NCBI GenBank assembly: GCA_013239625.1
Contig: MU053594.1
Coordinates: 1,333,654-1,397,653, forward strand
DNA length: 64,000 nucleotides
Reading direction: 5' to 3'
Source of the DNA: Lama guanicoe
Taxonomy: Eukaryota
The number at the start of each line of letters is the position of its first letter. The stretch's first letter is position 1. Shown one piece after another: positions 12,440 to 24,520 of this stretch. A model generated the notes under the pieces. That model saw nothing but the letters and a program-made list of their open reading frames with translations, had not been told where the DNA came from and searched no databases. Made by a program: the position numbers and the translations under genes.

Positions 12440-12972
12440 GTGTATCATTGTGAAATGGACACAATTGCTGCAGACCCCCTGACCCTCGGTCATTCCCCGG
12501 GGGTCTACCACCATGCCATCAGCCCCTCCTTTGGGTCCTTGCTTCTCACCCGTCTGCAAAATGAGTTTTTAAAATGGGTTGCCAGTCACAGAATCCTGCT
12601 TCCAGTGCGTGCAGTGTGGGCATGTGACTCAACCTGGACAAATCAGAATCTTTTCTGGGTATTTTACCAAGAAAAGGCAGCCTCTTTCCCTGCAGCGGTG
12701 AAGAGATAAAAGTTGGGTGTCTGGGAGCGTTCTGACCACATCTCCAGGCTCATGAACAAATTCCATCTTCAGAGGGGAGGATGGAACCAACTGAGAAAAG
12801 CAGGGGTGGCAGATAGAGAGCAAGGAAGTTTGAACTGCCTTTTGACCCTGGAGGCAGACTGACCCCTGCCCTTCCCTGGAATTCATTACAGGTCGATGAT
12901 ATATCTTTCTTAATCAAAGTCAGATAAAGTTGAATTTCCACCACTTGCAACTGAAAGCTTCCTACCTAATGC
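12440..12972 (+). mobile_element. ERVL LTR (LTR33-like)
   Basis: TGTATC start; end CACTTGCAACTGAAAGCTTCCTACCTAATGCA resembles the LTR33 terminus. Confidence 0.6.
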
Positions 12973-12979
12973 ACACAGC

Positions 12980-13424
12980 GTGCTTGAGACTGGACTGGCT
13001 TGCTTAACATTTATCCCAACGTGGTATAGAAGGCAGAGGTAATAAAATCATACATTTCCCAGGGTCTCTTGTTGATGGAGCTCTGATTATGACTTAGATT
13101 CCACAAATCAGAAGAGCCCAAGTGAGCCTTTGTTTCAGAAGTGGGTCAAACGAGAAGAGAGGCAGGATGCAGAGCATCCAGCTTCGGGTGCTGATCAGGC
13201 AGAGGTAAGGCTGCTCTGCACTCAGTAGCTTCTGGTTTTGAAAGATGCTTCCTGATTTGACAGCTTTCTGCGTGGGGGAGGCAGCTTTCCTGATCATGTC
13301 AGCAGCTGAGTGCTTCTAAGACCTGAGCTTCCAGTAATCTTGCAGCACATAACTCCCTGTATTAAAACCCTTCCTGCCTGCACTAGAGTGGTTCTATGAT
13401 TGGTACCTGAGCTCTGACTCATAC
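12980..13424 (+). mobile_element. ERVL LTR (LTR41-like)
   Basis: TACATTTCCCAGGGTCTCTTG...TTAGATTCCAC and end TGTATTAAAACCCTTCCTGC...CTGACTCATACA. Confidence 0.55.
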
Positions 13425-13779
13425 ACCTGGCATGCGTGGCCCTTCATGGCCTCTTGCTGTCTACTTCTTATTCTTTTGCCCTCCCTCCTCCTCCTCCTGC
13501 TCCACATTCCAGCCACACTCAACGACTTGATATTTCACCACCATATCCACGTGGTGATGCCCACTGGATACTCAGAAATGCAGCTCTACCACTTGGAAGG
13601 GAATTCCAGGCTAGAGAGATTCAGGAACCTTCAGAATTTGGTTGCTTCTGGTACCAAAAGGTGTGGAAAAACATTAAGTATATGTTTACTCTGGGTTCTG
13701 GGAGGACTTGATTTCCTGGGGCAGACTACCCCCACATGTGGGATGGGGAGCAGGTGTGATGGACGACACCCACAGGAAG

Positions 13780-14290
13780 CCACTGCCTGATGACATTTGG
13801 AAGCGGTTATCTTTAACATCACAGGCATGACACTTTGGGCAATACAGAGATGCAAAAATAGTTGAATTTAGAAGTCACAGTACTGGCTCTGTGTAATAAA
13901 AGAAATATTTTTAACTTTAAAAAAATACATAGAGTGATAAACAAAACAGTTGGTGTGGATGGACTTTATCGAGAAGGAGCAGAGAGAATGAGATGGCTAA
14001 AAACCAAGCTTCCGGGAATGTCGGCATCTGCATTTAAGGGGCAGAAAGACAAAAGGAGCAGTTGAAGGGAGCCCTGAAAGAGGATCCGAAATGCTGGGGG
14101 AGGGAACACTGCAAGGTCCCAGACATCCATGCTACATAGAGAGGAGCAGAGAACTCAGAAGAGGCGCTCAGCATGTGGGGCAGATTCTTCGTGACATTCC
14201 TGACACAGCGGTGGGCACAGAAGCCCAAACTAGGAGGCTAAGGAGCGGGTAGGAAAGGAGCAGAGATGAAGGATGGAGTGAAGGGAGAAA
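13780..14290 (-). mobile_element. L2 LINE fragment
   Basis: Purine-rich degenerate sequence with L2 antisense-like motifs (CATTTAAGGGGCAG, CAGAAGCCCAAACT). Confidence 0.55.
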
Positions 14291-14292
14291 GT

Positions 14293-14539
14293 GAGCATGT
14301 CATCATAGATTTTATTATTTTATCACAAGCCAGCTCCCTCTGCCAACACTTCACCACCCATCGACCTCAGTCTGATATACTTGCGGAGTCCCACCTTAAT
14401 AGTTTTAACCTCTGTGGCATGTGCTCCCACCCCCAATAAAAAAGACAAGAGGGGGGAAAATAAGAGTAGAAGAAGAAAAAATTTTAATGAGTTAAAAATA
14501 ATAAAATTGTTTAAATTTTAATAAATTAAAAAAAAAAAA
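14293..14539 (+). other. Unassigned poly(A)-tailed segment (possible young retroposed 3' end)
   Basis: AATAAA at 14435, 14500 and 14520, then A12 at 14528-14539. Intact CpGs. 5' boundary and TSD unclear. Confidence 0.4.
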
Positions 14540-15989
14540 GGAAGAGAAGGAAGAAAGTTCAGACCAGGTTCCAGTTTCCCCTCCCATCTCTAGTCTCCAG
14601 CCCTTTCTGGCCCCGCCACTCTCCAGCATCCCCAAAAGACCTTCAGCTCCAAAATGCTGCACACTCGGGAAAGTCACAATTACCGCGTTGCCGTCTTGTG
14701 TGCTGGTACCCGAAAGACCACTCCCCTGTGGGTGGAATCATCCCTCCTGAACAGGGAGATCCTGGGGTCAACCACAGGGGAGAGGTGGGGTTCAGATGGG
14801 AACCGGGGTTCCGATGGGAACCAGCGCTCAGGGGTGGAGCTCCGAAGAAACTTCATTCTCAGTCTCAGCCTCAGACCCCCAGTCTTCCGAGTCAGGCAGA
14901 CTGAGCCTGAACCTCTGCTCCTGGCAGGCACAGGTCAGAGGTGGTCCCTGCTGCATGGAGCAGGGAGGCATCCTGCAGTGGACCAGAAGCTAAAGATGCT
15001 CTCGCTGTATCTGCAGGGTGGGTCATTTCACTGTCCTTATTCTGTTTCTCCTTTCTTGGTCCCCCTTGTCTCGGCCTTGAAGCCAGGCTCCAGGAAAGGG
15101 TTCTGCATCAGTCCTTGGGCAGCTGTAAGAGGCCAGATCAGAAGCCTCCAATCTCAGCGGCACTTCCAGTGCCGGATCTGCCCCCTCCTTACTCTTCTTC
15201 CAGGCATCGTCTGATGCCACAGCATTTCTCTTCCCCAGCGCTGGGCTTGCTGCTCACCCCCTCCCCAGGGCCTGCGTGGGGAGAGCCATCTCAGTCATGC
15301 ACGCGTGGGGGTCTGAGTGACTCCGCCTCCCATAGATTTCGTACCTGCATCTGTTTAAGCAATTATTCCTTCAACGTGTATTTGTTGAGTTTGGTCTCTG
15401 TTCAAAGCACTCTGTTAGGCACCGGCACAGAATGGCATCAGGACACGTTTCCTCCCTCGAGAAGTCTGCAATCGAGTGATTTCCCAGCCTGTGAGACTAG
15501 GGGAACTACAGTAGCCTCGTTCATGCGTCAAAAACCTGTCTCTACAGAGTTGTTTTGAATGACGGGGGTGAAAGGTGTGCAGTCAGTGGACCCTGTGCAC
15601 TGTTCCCGCCTCCCTGGAGCCCATGCACATTGGCTTTGGGGTCGTTTTGGTGTGACCCATCCCCACCCACGCCCTCCTCCCCAGGCTGCACTGCCAGGGG
15701 ATCTTTAGGAAACACCATGAAAAGGTGTGTAAAAAAACCCCTGAGCCAAACTGAGACTCTTCCTGCTGATGGAGGAGTAATGAGGGGTCCAGGACAGAAT
15801 CCAGATCACACAAAGCGAACATGAAAACTACAGTGTTTGTACAACACTTTACAATGTGAGAGAGAAAGAAGGTCCCCACTGAGTGGAAGATCTGAGGTCT
15901 GTGGGGGGATTGGGCCCAAGTAGGATTCAAAGGAAGCTTTGGAGAGAAGGAAGGACCCCTCTCCCTCGAGAAAAGGAACAAGGGAGGAG

Positions 15990-16290
15990 GAGAAGGATGA
16001 TTAGGACAGACTGTGATGAAAAGAAAAGAGGTGTTACAAGAACTCAGGCACAAAGGCATAATAGATGTTGCGTCCTCTGACCGCCCAAACCCCAACCGCC
16101 TCTCTAGTTGGGGGGTTTTCCTTTGTGTGTGGAGGTGGCTCAGACAGTGCCCCTCCCCCCCGGAAGCGAAAAAGGGAAAAGAGCCTCCCTTCATCTCACT
16201 CTGTTCCACTAGCCCCCAGAAACCAGGGTATGACCCATGATATACATTCAATCAGAAGCCCCTTCTAGGTCTTCTAATGTGGTCAATGTG
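15990..16290 (+). mobile_element. Possible decayed Gypsy-like reverse-transcriptase N-terminal remnant
   Basis: ORF 16013..16240 reads EVLQELRHKGII...GVFLCVWRWL, cf. Gypsy 'EV...ELL..GII...G..RLCVDYR.LN'. A frameshifted PF-GL-SN-like stretch at ~16259-16280. Confidence 0.33.
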
Positions 16291-16310
16291 GCCCAAAAGT
16301 GAAGAGGAGG

Positions 16311-16834
16311 TGTATTTGTTACCTACTGCCACGTAACAAATTGCTCCCAAACCTTGCGGCTTAAAACAACAAATGTGTATTTTCTCAGTTTCTGTCGGTC
16401 AAGAATTCAGAAGTGGCTTAGTGAGGTGGTCCTGACTCAGAATTTTGCACGAGATCTCAGTCAAGATTTTGGCTGGGCCTGCAGTCACCTGAAGGCTTGA
16501 CCAGGGCTGGGGACCCACTTCCAAGTTGGTTAACTCACATGACCATTAGCAGAAGGCCACAGTTCATCACTGGCTGCTGGTAGGAGGCCTCAATTTCTCT
16601 CCACAAGGACCACTCTAAAGAGCTTCTTGAATGACCTTACGGCATGGAAGCTGGTTTTCCCCAGAGCAAACAATCCAAGAGAGAGAAAGGCAAAAACCAC
16701 AGTGTCTTTTATAATCTACCTGCAAAAGTCACATACTGTCATTTCCACAATATCCCAGGAAAGCCCCCTCCAGTGCAGGCAGGACAGCCAAGGGGTGAAG
16801 ATTGTCAGGGGCCATTTTGGAGGCTGGCTACCAC
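16311..16834 (-). mobile_element. MLT1F-like MaLR LTR
   Basis: Antisense MLT1: TGTATTTGTTACCTACTGCCACGTAACAAATT...CTTAAAACAACAA ... GGCCATTTTGGAGGCTGGCTACCAC. Confidence 0.82.
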
Positions 16835-17539
16835 CGTCACTCATGGTTGGTCAGCTGTCCAGCGCCAGTGTCCTGTATTGGTGGCAGTAGTGTCAAAGCT
16901 AGCAGCCATGGGGGCATTCGGTCATCCCCAGCCTCCAGACCCTCTGAGTCCTGGGTATTTTCCAGGCTTGCTCCTTCAGCCTCCTGTGGATTCTGTTGTT
17001 CTCCACATCCTTATAAAGCCCAGTTTTGCTAAAGACAAGGCTGGTGTCAGTTGTCTGCAATCAAGAGCCCTAAGTGGGACAGACAATGTTGATTTCCAGG
17101 AAGTTGTTGACAAGCTTATGTGATAAGAGGAAGGGTGAAAACAGAGCTGAGGTTAGAAGCTTAGAGAAAGTGAAGTTTAAGAAGAGATGCCAAGTGGGAC
17201 ACGAGCTGGAGTATCGAAGAGAAAAATGTAAGAATTGTTGAGCAGACATGAGGACCAGCAGGGACTTATGTCAGACCTGACTGAGACATCAACGCAGGGC
17301 AAGTTATTCTTTGTTTTATTTAATTCAATAAAACACCCTCTCCTTTTAGGATAGGTCCCACTGGGTCCCTGAGGAATTACAGACTCAGGAGCCCAGACTA
17401 ACCCAGAAACTTAGGAAGTTTCGTATTTTTATCAATTTATTTATTTTGGACCTCAGGTGCAGAGGATTGAGGAAATCATTCTTCTATTTTTCCTTTCGAG
17501 GCCTCCCTCTTGTTTTATGTATTATGTGTTCTCTTTTAT

Positions 17540-17910
17540 TCACATATCCACCTCCCCACTCTCATCCCCACAGTCACTCATTCTAATGGTTCAGTGTGTA
17601 TCTGTTTATTTGCATGTATTAATGCAAATGGGGGTTGTTTTGTATGCATGCATTTTTAAATTGTGTAAATGTTGTGTTATAGATCTCATTCGATTTCTTA
17701 CCTTTTTTTCATGAGCTCCGTTTTTAAGATTCATGTGTGCTGTTATGTTTACACCTTATCGGTGATTTCTGACTGCTGCGGGGCTCCCACGGTGTGTATC
17801 CACCGCATTTTCACCTTCCCATTCTCTGGGAAAGGATGCCCGGGATCCATTTACCACCTCACCATCACCACCAATAACTCTGTTGTGAGTATACTTGGCC
17901 CCTTTGCAAG
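17540..17910 (-). mobile_element. Old L1ME-like 3' fragment
   Basis: T-rich antisense L1 3' end (CACTCATTCTAATG, TTTTTAAGATTCATGTG). Confidence 0.55.
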
Positions 17911-19699
17911 AAACATTTAAAGTGGGACAATAAATTACACACGATGCTTCTGATCGGGGGCACTGTTTACTGGGGAGAAAAGGAAAAGGGGAGGAAATTG
18001 TTGTTCCTTAAGGGAAACCTACAGTTCCTTTCCTCTCCCACCAGTTTAGTCAGTAGACGAGGTAATTTCACTGGAGGTTTTAAAGCGACTCTTTCAGGTC
18101 CCCTGGGTAGAGACCAGAAGAAGCCGCTGCTCTCCATGCCCCGCCGTGCACACACATCTCCAGCAGTTCCTGGGGCCCCCCAAGGGTGCAGCCTCCCTGG
18201 ACCCCCACCCGTGTTCAGAGAGAGGCAGGGCAGGGCTTCCAGGCTGGGGATCTGCCGTCCACACTGAGAAAAGGGAGATGAAATACACAATGGTTCTAGG
18301 CTCCCCGGGCAGCAGTCTGTTCCAGAACAGCTGCGAAAAAATTCTGTCTGATTGTAGAGACAGAAGAGCCCACCTGCTCTGAAGATGTACAGCGTCGTGT
18401 CAAAGCTCCTCCCTGAGCCCTGGGGAGTCAGTTCAGGTCCAAACCCTGCTGTTTGTGACGCTGCCACACATGTCCCACTCTGGGGACTGAGGGGGAGGAT
18501 CCTTCTTGTGGTTCCCTCCAGCCCAAGAGACTGTGGATGCTGAGCTCTGAGCTCTGACTTCTGACTACTCACTGTCTCCCAGCAGGATCCCTGTGGTAAG
18601 AGATCAGCTCAGGCATGAATAACCACTCTTGAATGTCATCTCCAGGCTCCTACGGTTTTAATGATGAGAAAGAACTTGTCCAAGAGGTGATGCCAGTGTT
18701 AAGTGAAGACATGTAAAAGAGCTTAAATGAGATGTAGAATTCTGTCTGGATCAGCATCACCTCCATGCAGTGATAAAGACTGCTGGGTAATTTGGTGGTC
18801 GCGGCTCTAGCATTAAGGTTATACGGCCCTTGGGAGTGGTTTGTCCAGAGGAAGACACCATTGACCACCAAGCTTGAAAAGTATGCTGTCCTTGTGCCGA
18901 AAGAATACACCTGCCCTCTCTACAGGCTGGGAGTGCTGTCCAACCCGGGCCTCCGGAAGCATTACCACCGAGGACGGGATCCCAGTGGGAGGCAGCCGGA
19001 GCGCAGGTGTCCTGGAGGATGGAGGGATCCCTGGTGGTGACGCCAGCCTGACAAACTCTCCTGCCCACTCCCCTTTCTGTTTCAGCTTGGCTTTCTGTGA
19101 AAGAGAGGGCAAGGAGAAAGAAGGCTCAGTGCATCAACTTTTCAAGAGTTCTTTTGCCCTCTTACCCACTTCCCATCAGGGACTTTCACAATGTCAGTCT
19201 TTCTCTCTGCTCCCTGGTCCCCTGCTTCCACGCGGTCATCTGAAATCTTCACTCGGAGGGTATTGGTAGCTGAATGTCTTGATCATTAAGATTAGTTACT
19301 AAGTGACTTGCTAAACTGGCAAAGGCTAGTCTTGCCAAGCAAACCCTCAGGACATCCAGAACCATCCACTGGGGGCTTCGGCGGGGCCTGGTAAGTCCTC
19401 ACATCCCTCTCTGCCTCTTCTGCCCCCATCTGACCCCTATCCTCGCTCTCAAACAGGGCAGAATTTCAGCTCAGTGGTCTTGGGAAAGATTTGGATTCAG
19501 TGGTCCCGCTGTGCAGTCAAGAGGCCATGAGAGAGGCAGACTCACTCCTGAAAGTCCTACACAGCCCGACTGCTGGTCCCCGAGACTTCACTCTGTGCTG
19601 CGGACACGTGGACCTTCCTCCAGCTCCCCGACCATGCAGAGCCCTCGCCCTTCTCGCCCTGTCCACTTTCCCTGGATGTTTGTTACCACTGCTGTTTGC

Positions 19700-20185
19700 A
19701 TGGCCAGTGGGTTGGCTTACTGGGACTGCCACAACAAAGTGCCACGGACCGGGTGACAAGCAACAGAAATGTAATGTCTCGCAGATCTAGAGGCCAGACG
19801 TCTGAGATCAAAGCGTCAGCAGTGCTGGTTCCCTCTGAGGGCTGTGTCCTTCTGAGGCAGCCATTCCACGCCTCTCTGCGAGCTGTCTGTGGTTTGCTGG
19901 CAAGCGTTGGTGTTTCTTAGCTGGTCGAAGCCTCGCCCCGGTCTCTGCCTTCGCCCTCGCGTGGCATTCTACCTGTGTCCCTGTCTGTGTTCAACCGCCC
20001 CCCTTTTATAAAGACACCAGTCATATCGCGAAAAAGGGCCCACTCCACTCATGCGTGTGACCTCATCTTTACCAGTTACATCTGCAGTCACCTCATTTCC
20101 AAATACGGTCACATTCTGAGATGCTGGAGGTTAGGGACATTAGGCAAGATGTTCATTTTGAAGGGAGGCAGTTCAGCCCCTAACA
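19700..20185 (-). mobile_element. MLT1C/D-like MaLR LTR, unusually CpG-rich
   Basis: CTGCCACAACAAAGTGCCAC...CAACAGAAATG...TCTGAGATCAAAG...TATAAAGACACCAGTCAT...GGTCACATTCTGAG...CAGCCCCTAACA. Confidence 0.85.
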
Positions 20186-20199
20186 GCAGGCTCTTTCCC

Positions 20200-20460
20200 A
20201 TCCTTCAAGTTGTAGCAGAAGCTTCACATCCCAGACAAGCTCCTTTAACCATCCTGTCTGAAGCATCTCCACCACCGAAGCCCGCCTGTCTCACGGAGCT
20301 CAGCTGTCAACCTCTGATGGTTTACTCGTCTGTTTCTCCGTCTCCCTGGGATTGGAAGCTCCACTAGCGGGGTGCGGGGAGCACGTCTGTCCTGCTCCCC
20401 CCACCCTGACCTCCCAGGGCCCAGCACACTGAGTGGTGTCTGCATTCTGTGCTGCGTGAA
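20200..20460 (+). mobile_element. L2 3' fragment
   Basis: GATTGGAAGCTCC...CCCAGGGCCCAGCACACTG resembles the L2 3' end. Confidence 0.45.
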
Positions 20461-22098
20461 CCACACTGAAGCCTGCGGCGGAAGGAGAATTCAGCACCGA
20501 TCTTAACTTCATGTCAATATTGGCTATTTTATTCATGAAGGATTTTTTGTATTACTTTTGATTTTTAAAATATTATATCAAAATAGCATTTACCTTGATT
20601 ACTGAGGGTTTTTTTTTGCTGCCCCCGTATACTTCATGCCAGAAGCAAGTGCCTCATTCACCTTGCCCTCGAGCGGGTCCCACGTCTGTCTCATCGGAAA
20701 TGAAGGAAGAAAGGAGGCAGGTACTTAATCCGCAGAGACTGAGTGATTCTTCTCACTGTGAAAGGCAGCAGATGGAAGAGACTTCTCCCCAACAAAGTTG
20801 GGTGGCAAAGGACTTGAGGGAAACTGAGGCAGGAGTTGGATCCTAGCCACCCAAGGAAGACATGTCACCCTTTTCAATTCCCATTTTCACAGCAAAAAAA
20901 AAAAAAAACAGGAGAAGAAGAAAAAGGAGGGGGAGGAGGAGGGGAGAGGGACTAGGAAGGATTAAAAAAGGTTGTTCTTTGTCTAAATCTCTAGATAACC
21001 CATTCTCCTCCTCCCTCCTGGCCTCAAAGTTAGTCCAGGGCCCAGTGCAAAGGTCACCCCATTTTGGCTCAGCCTCAACTCCAGAGAGCCACCTGGGAAC
21101 CCAGGCTCCCGGGCTCAGGTCTTTGCGCCCTGTCTCCCGGGTGCTGACGTCCAGGGTGGGGCCAGGGTTTCTGAGACACCTGTATTACTGAGTGGCAGGG
21201 ATTTCCTCAGAAATGTTTTAAGGATTGTTGGGTTTCCAGGCGAAAGGGAAGCTCGACACTTCTTTGGGCTCCGGCTCTTGAGCTAGTAACCACACACCGC
21301 CAATTTCTCCCTCTGCGGGGCCTCTCCGTCTCCACTCGGCGCCCCTTCCTGCCTCACCTCCCCCCACCATCTCCTCACTTCCCTCCTCGTCCCTCCCTTG
21401 CAGCCAGAATGAGACATGGTGCCTTAGGGACAGGTTTATTCTTCCAGCTCCCCACAAGAGTCATTTCAGTGTTAAACATCTCTCATAACGCTGCTTCCAG
21501 GTGATCAATTACCCGGAAAGGCGAAAAGTGAGGAATGCTACCTCCCTGATGCGGAGTGGGGCTTCCTGGCAAGGATGCTGGGAGCTGAGGAGGGTACTTC
21601 TCTGCTAAGTCATTGTTGGGGGAGCGGGCTCTGAAGCCACCCCATCACTTAGCATCAGAGATGCTCACATAGCAGCCTGGGAAGCTGGTACCCACCCCCC
21701 ACCCACCAGGCCTGCTTGTGGAATAACTTGGCAGCCCAGGGGGCGCTGCTCCAGGTGCAACAGCTCTTTTAACACTACGTTGGTCTCCTTGCCTGGAACC
21801 AGCAGTTCCTTGAGGACGTAAGGGCCTGTGGCTGCTTCCAGTGAATGAGTTGCGGTGGCAGACAGGTCTTCTTAGAGCAAGGTCCTCTCCCACCTGGGAG
21901 GAGTTGGGAATTTGAATCACTCAGTCTTTGAAGCCCACGCTATGCGGGAGCTGAAGGGGAGAAGCATCATGGTGCCCTGGCCTTGCTTCTCTCTCGGAAA
22001 CTCAGTTTTATTGGCTCTCAGATGATAACAGCACCACCTCTTCTGAGTTGCTGTGAGGGATAAATGTGTGATGTCCGTGAATGTGCCCAAATGTGAAT

Positions 22099-22126
<28 letters not shown>
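22099..22126. repeat. (CA)n microsatellite
   Basis: Perfect CA run. Confidence 0.95.
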
Positions 22127-22130
<4 letters not shown>

Positions 22131-24349
22131 CCAAGGGAGCCAAAGGGAATGGTCACATCACGGGGGCCTGGCCCATCCTGAGCCTTTCACTCCCACGCCC
22201 AACCCAACCTGGAGGGAAGAGTGTGTCCATACCATAAACCCCTCTCCTTGTTTCTGGGCGGGACCACTTTGGATGCCGCCTTTCAGAGCCGGAATTCTAG
22301 ACATCTCTGATTAAGAACCACCTGCCTTTGCTGGGCCTTCTGCCATGTTTGAAGCAAATGCATTCAGTGGCCTAAGCAGGCCCAGGAGAGAACTGTTTAA
22401 TTTTCCTTTTATATCATAAATCAGCTCACAACCGACAGCTGATTGCATTTTATTTTTTTCAGATTCTTGGCCCATTAGGATTCCACTGCCTGACTGGTCA
22501 AGGGAGACAGGCTGGGAGAAAGGCTTGGAGAGTCTGGACTGTCCAGGCTCCAGGAGGAAGCTGAGTTTGACTTCAAGGGATCAAGGCATGAGATGAAGAG
22601 AGATGGATGGAAAAAACACTCGAGAAACCCCTCCAGGACCAAGGGCACCTCCCTCTCAGGTCCTCAGGGCACAGAGTCAGGAACTGGGACACACTTTCAG
22701 AGTCGGCCAGCCAGCCTCCTCATCCAAAGTCCAAAACTGTACATCATTCACTTACTCATTCAACAGGCAACTTTGGCTTCTCTTATCTCTGCTTGGGCAT
22801 TTGGTGACAGGAAAGGAAGCTCACCATTTCCCATGGCCTGATCTTCAAACATGAGTGAGAGAATCTGGGCTCATCAAAGCTTTCCCCTAGAGCATAAATT
22901 CCAGGAACTCAGGGTTCACGTGTGCTCTGCTCCCAGCTGCATTTCTTGTGCCTAACTCACGGTTGTCACGCAATACATATTTGTTGAATGAATGAATGAA
23001 TGGATGGAAGGATGTTTGAATGAAAGACCCTAATGTCAGAAGACAGCAACTTCATACCTCCAGGGCTCTAGGGGTATGACCTGAGGATTGAGTCCAAGAA
23101 AAACACTGAAAGTCTCCATCGTTTTCTTAACCATTCATGCAAAAATTGTACTTTACATCAAAATATATCCTTGTTCATTTTACTACAAAAATGATGTTTC
23201 ACAGGTCGCGGTGCTATTAAACGCTATACCATTGCCAAAGCAGTTAGCAATTATTAAACCATCAGGACATGCCAAATCTAAGACTATGGAAGCTAAAAGA
23301 AATTGGCCACCAGGCAAGCAACTTTAAATCATCATTTTATCCTGTCTTGAGAATGTCCATTGCTCTCTGTTAACCCTGCTAACTCAATAAAGCGTATATT
23401 TTTTCTACAGGCTTAAAAAAAAATGATGTTTCAGCTGACTCACCAGACAGTATAATTTGTGCGTACCTTGTAGTTTGGCCCCAGGCACACTGATGCGTGC
23501 TCCTGGCGGTACACCCTAGCTGGTGGTTTGAGAGACTGGTGCCAGGTGATCTTCTGATCCCACACCTGCATCCCGTTGCCTGCATCCTGCATCTGCCGTC
23601 TGACGCCTTCTCATTCCATCTGCTACCCCTTGCTCTAGCCCACCCCAGGCCTGGATTCTGCTCTCAGGCAAAGCTTCCTATGTAGCAGCGGGAGGTAGCA
23701 CTCCTCTTGCTGTTTTTCATTTCTTTCATAGAACTCTAGGTGAGGCCATAAGTAATTGGTTCTTTCTGGAGAGGGATGGATAATCTGTCTTTCTTGGAGC
23801 TGTTACTAGGCTGGCCTGGCAAATGGACAAGTGTTAAGAGGAGAAAATGGGGCAGTGGCCAGGGGAGGGAGTGAGCTCAAGATAATGGAGTCGAAAGCCA
23901 CAGGGAGGTCCCCTCCCGGCCGCCAGGCTATGATTCACATCAGTCCTGGAGGAGAATCACCGTTCATAGCCCTCCTATGAGGGCTGCTCTGCACGGCTGC
24001 CTCAGCTCAGTCTAGACCTGGGCACTTTGATCTTGCTGTGGAAGAGGTCTTGCTCCAGGGTATGGTGGACACACTGCCACCCGTGAGGGCACCTGAAGTC
24101 CCAGTCAACAGCACCTATCTGAGAATCAGCAGCTGTTGCTGAATTTACCATGAGCCCAGCACAGTGCTGGGCCCTGGGGGTTGGCCCCAGCCGTCCATCA
24201 GCTCACTGCCAGAAGCGTGCACATCCCGGGCTCTGACCCGCACTGGCATCCCTCAGAATCACTCCTGTGGTCCAAGACGCCCCATTAGACCAGAAGTGTG
24301 CTACCCCAGGAGTCGAACAATCTGTCCTAGTCAGGGCATCGTGTCCCTC

Positions 24350-24520
24350 GTTTGCAGAGCACTTTTATGTTCATGATCTCATTTAATCCTTAGAAACATC
24401 TTGTAAATTTATTTTAGTAATAGAAACTTAAATAAGAGATTCCTCTAAGGTCACAAATCTGGAAAGTGGCAAGCCGCAATTCAAACCCAGTATTTTCTGA
24501 CAACAGAGCCTTGTCTCCTT
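24350..24520 (-). mobile_element. MIR SINE
   Basis: ATCTCATTTAATCCT...AAGGTCACA...AAGTGGC...ATTCAAACCCAG (antisense MIR core). Confidence 0.75.

Noticed and set aside
14654..16251. Long overlapping ORFs (186, 205 and 222 aa)
   Set aside because: No recognisable host protein family; overlapping ORFs on both strands are expected in GC-richer DNA; no convincing exon structure.
17085..17240. RT-like continuation (FQEVVDKL; LEKVKFKKRCQVGHELEYRREKCK)
   Set aside because: It resembles late Gypsy RT motifs, but the same purine-rich DNA also resembles antisense L2. It cannot be resolved by eye, so it is not called.
17967..19269. Cluster of 80-200 aa ORFs and AG/GT-bounded micro-exon candidates
   Set aside because: No homology recognised and no consistent frame or strand.
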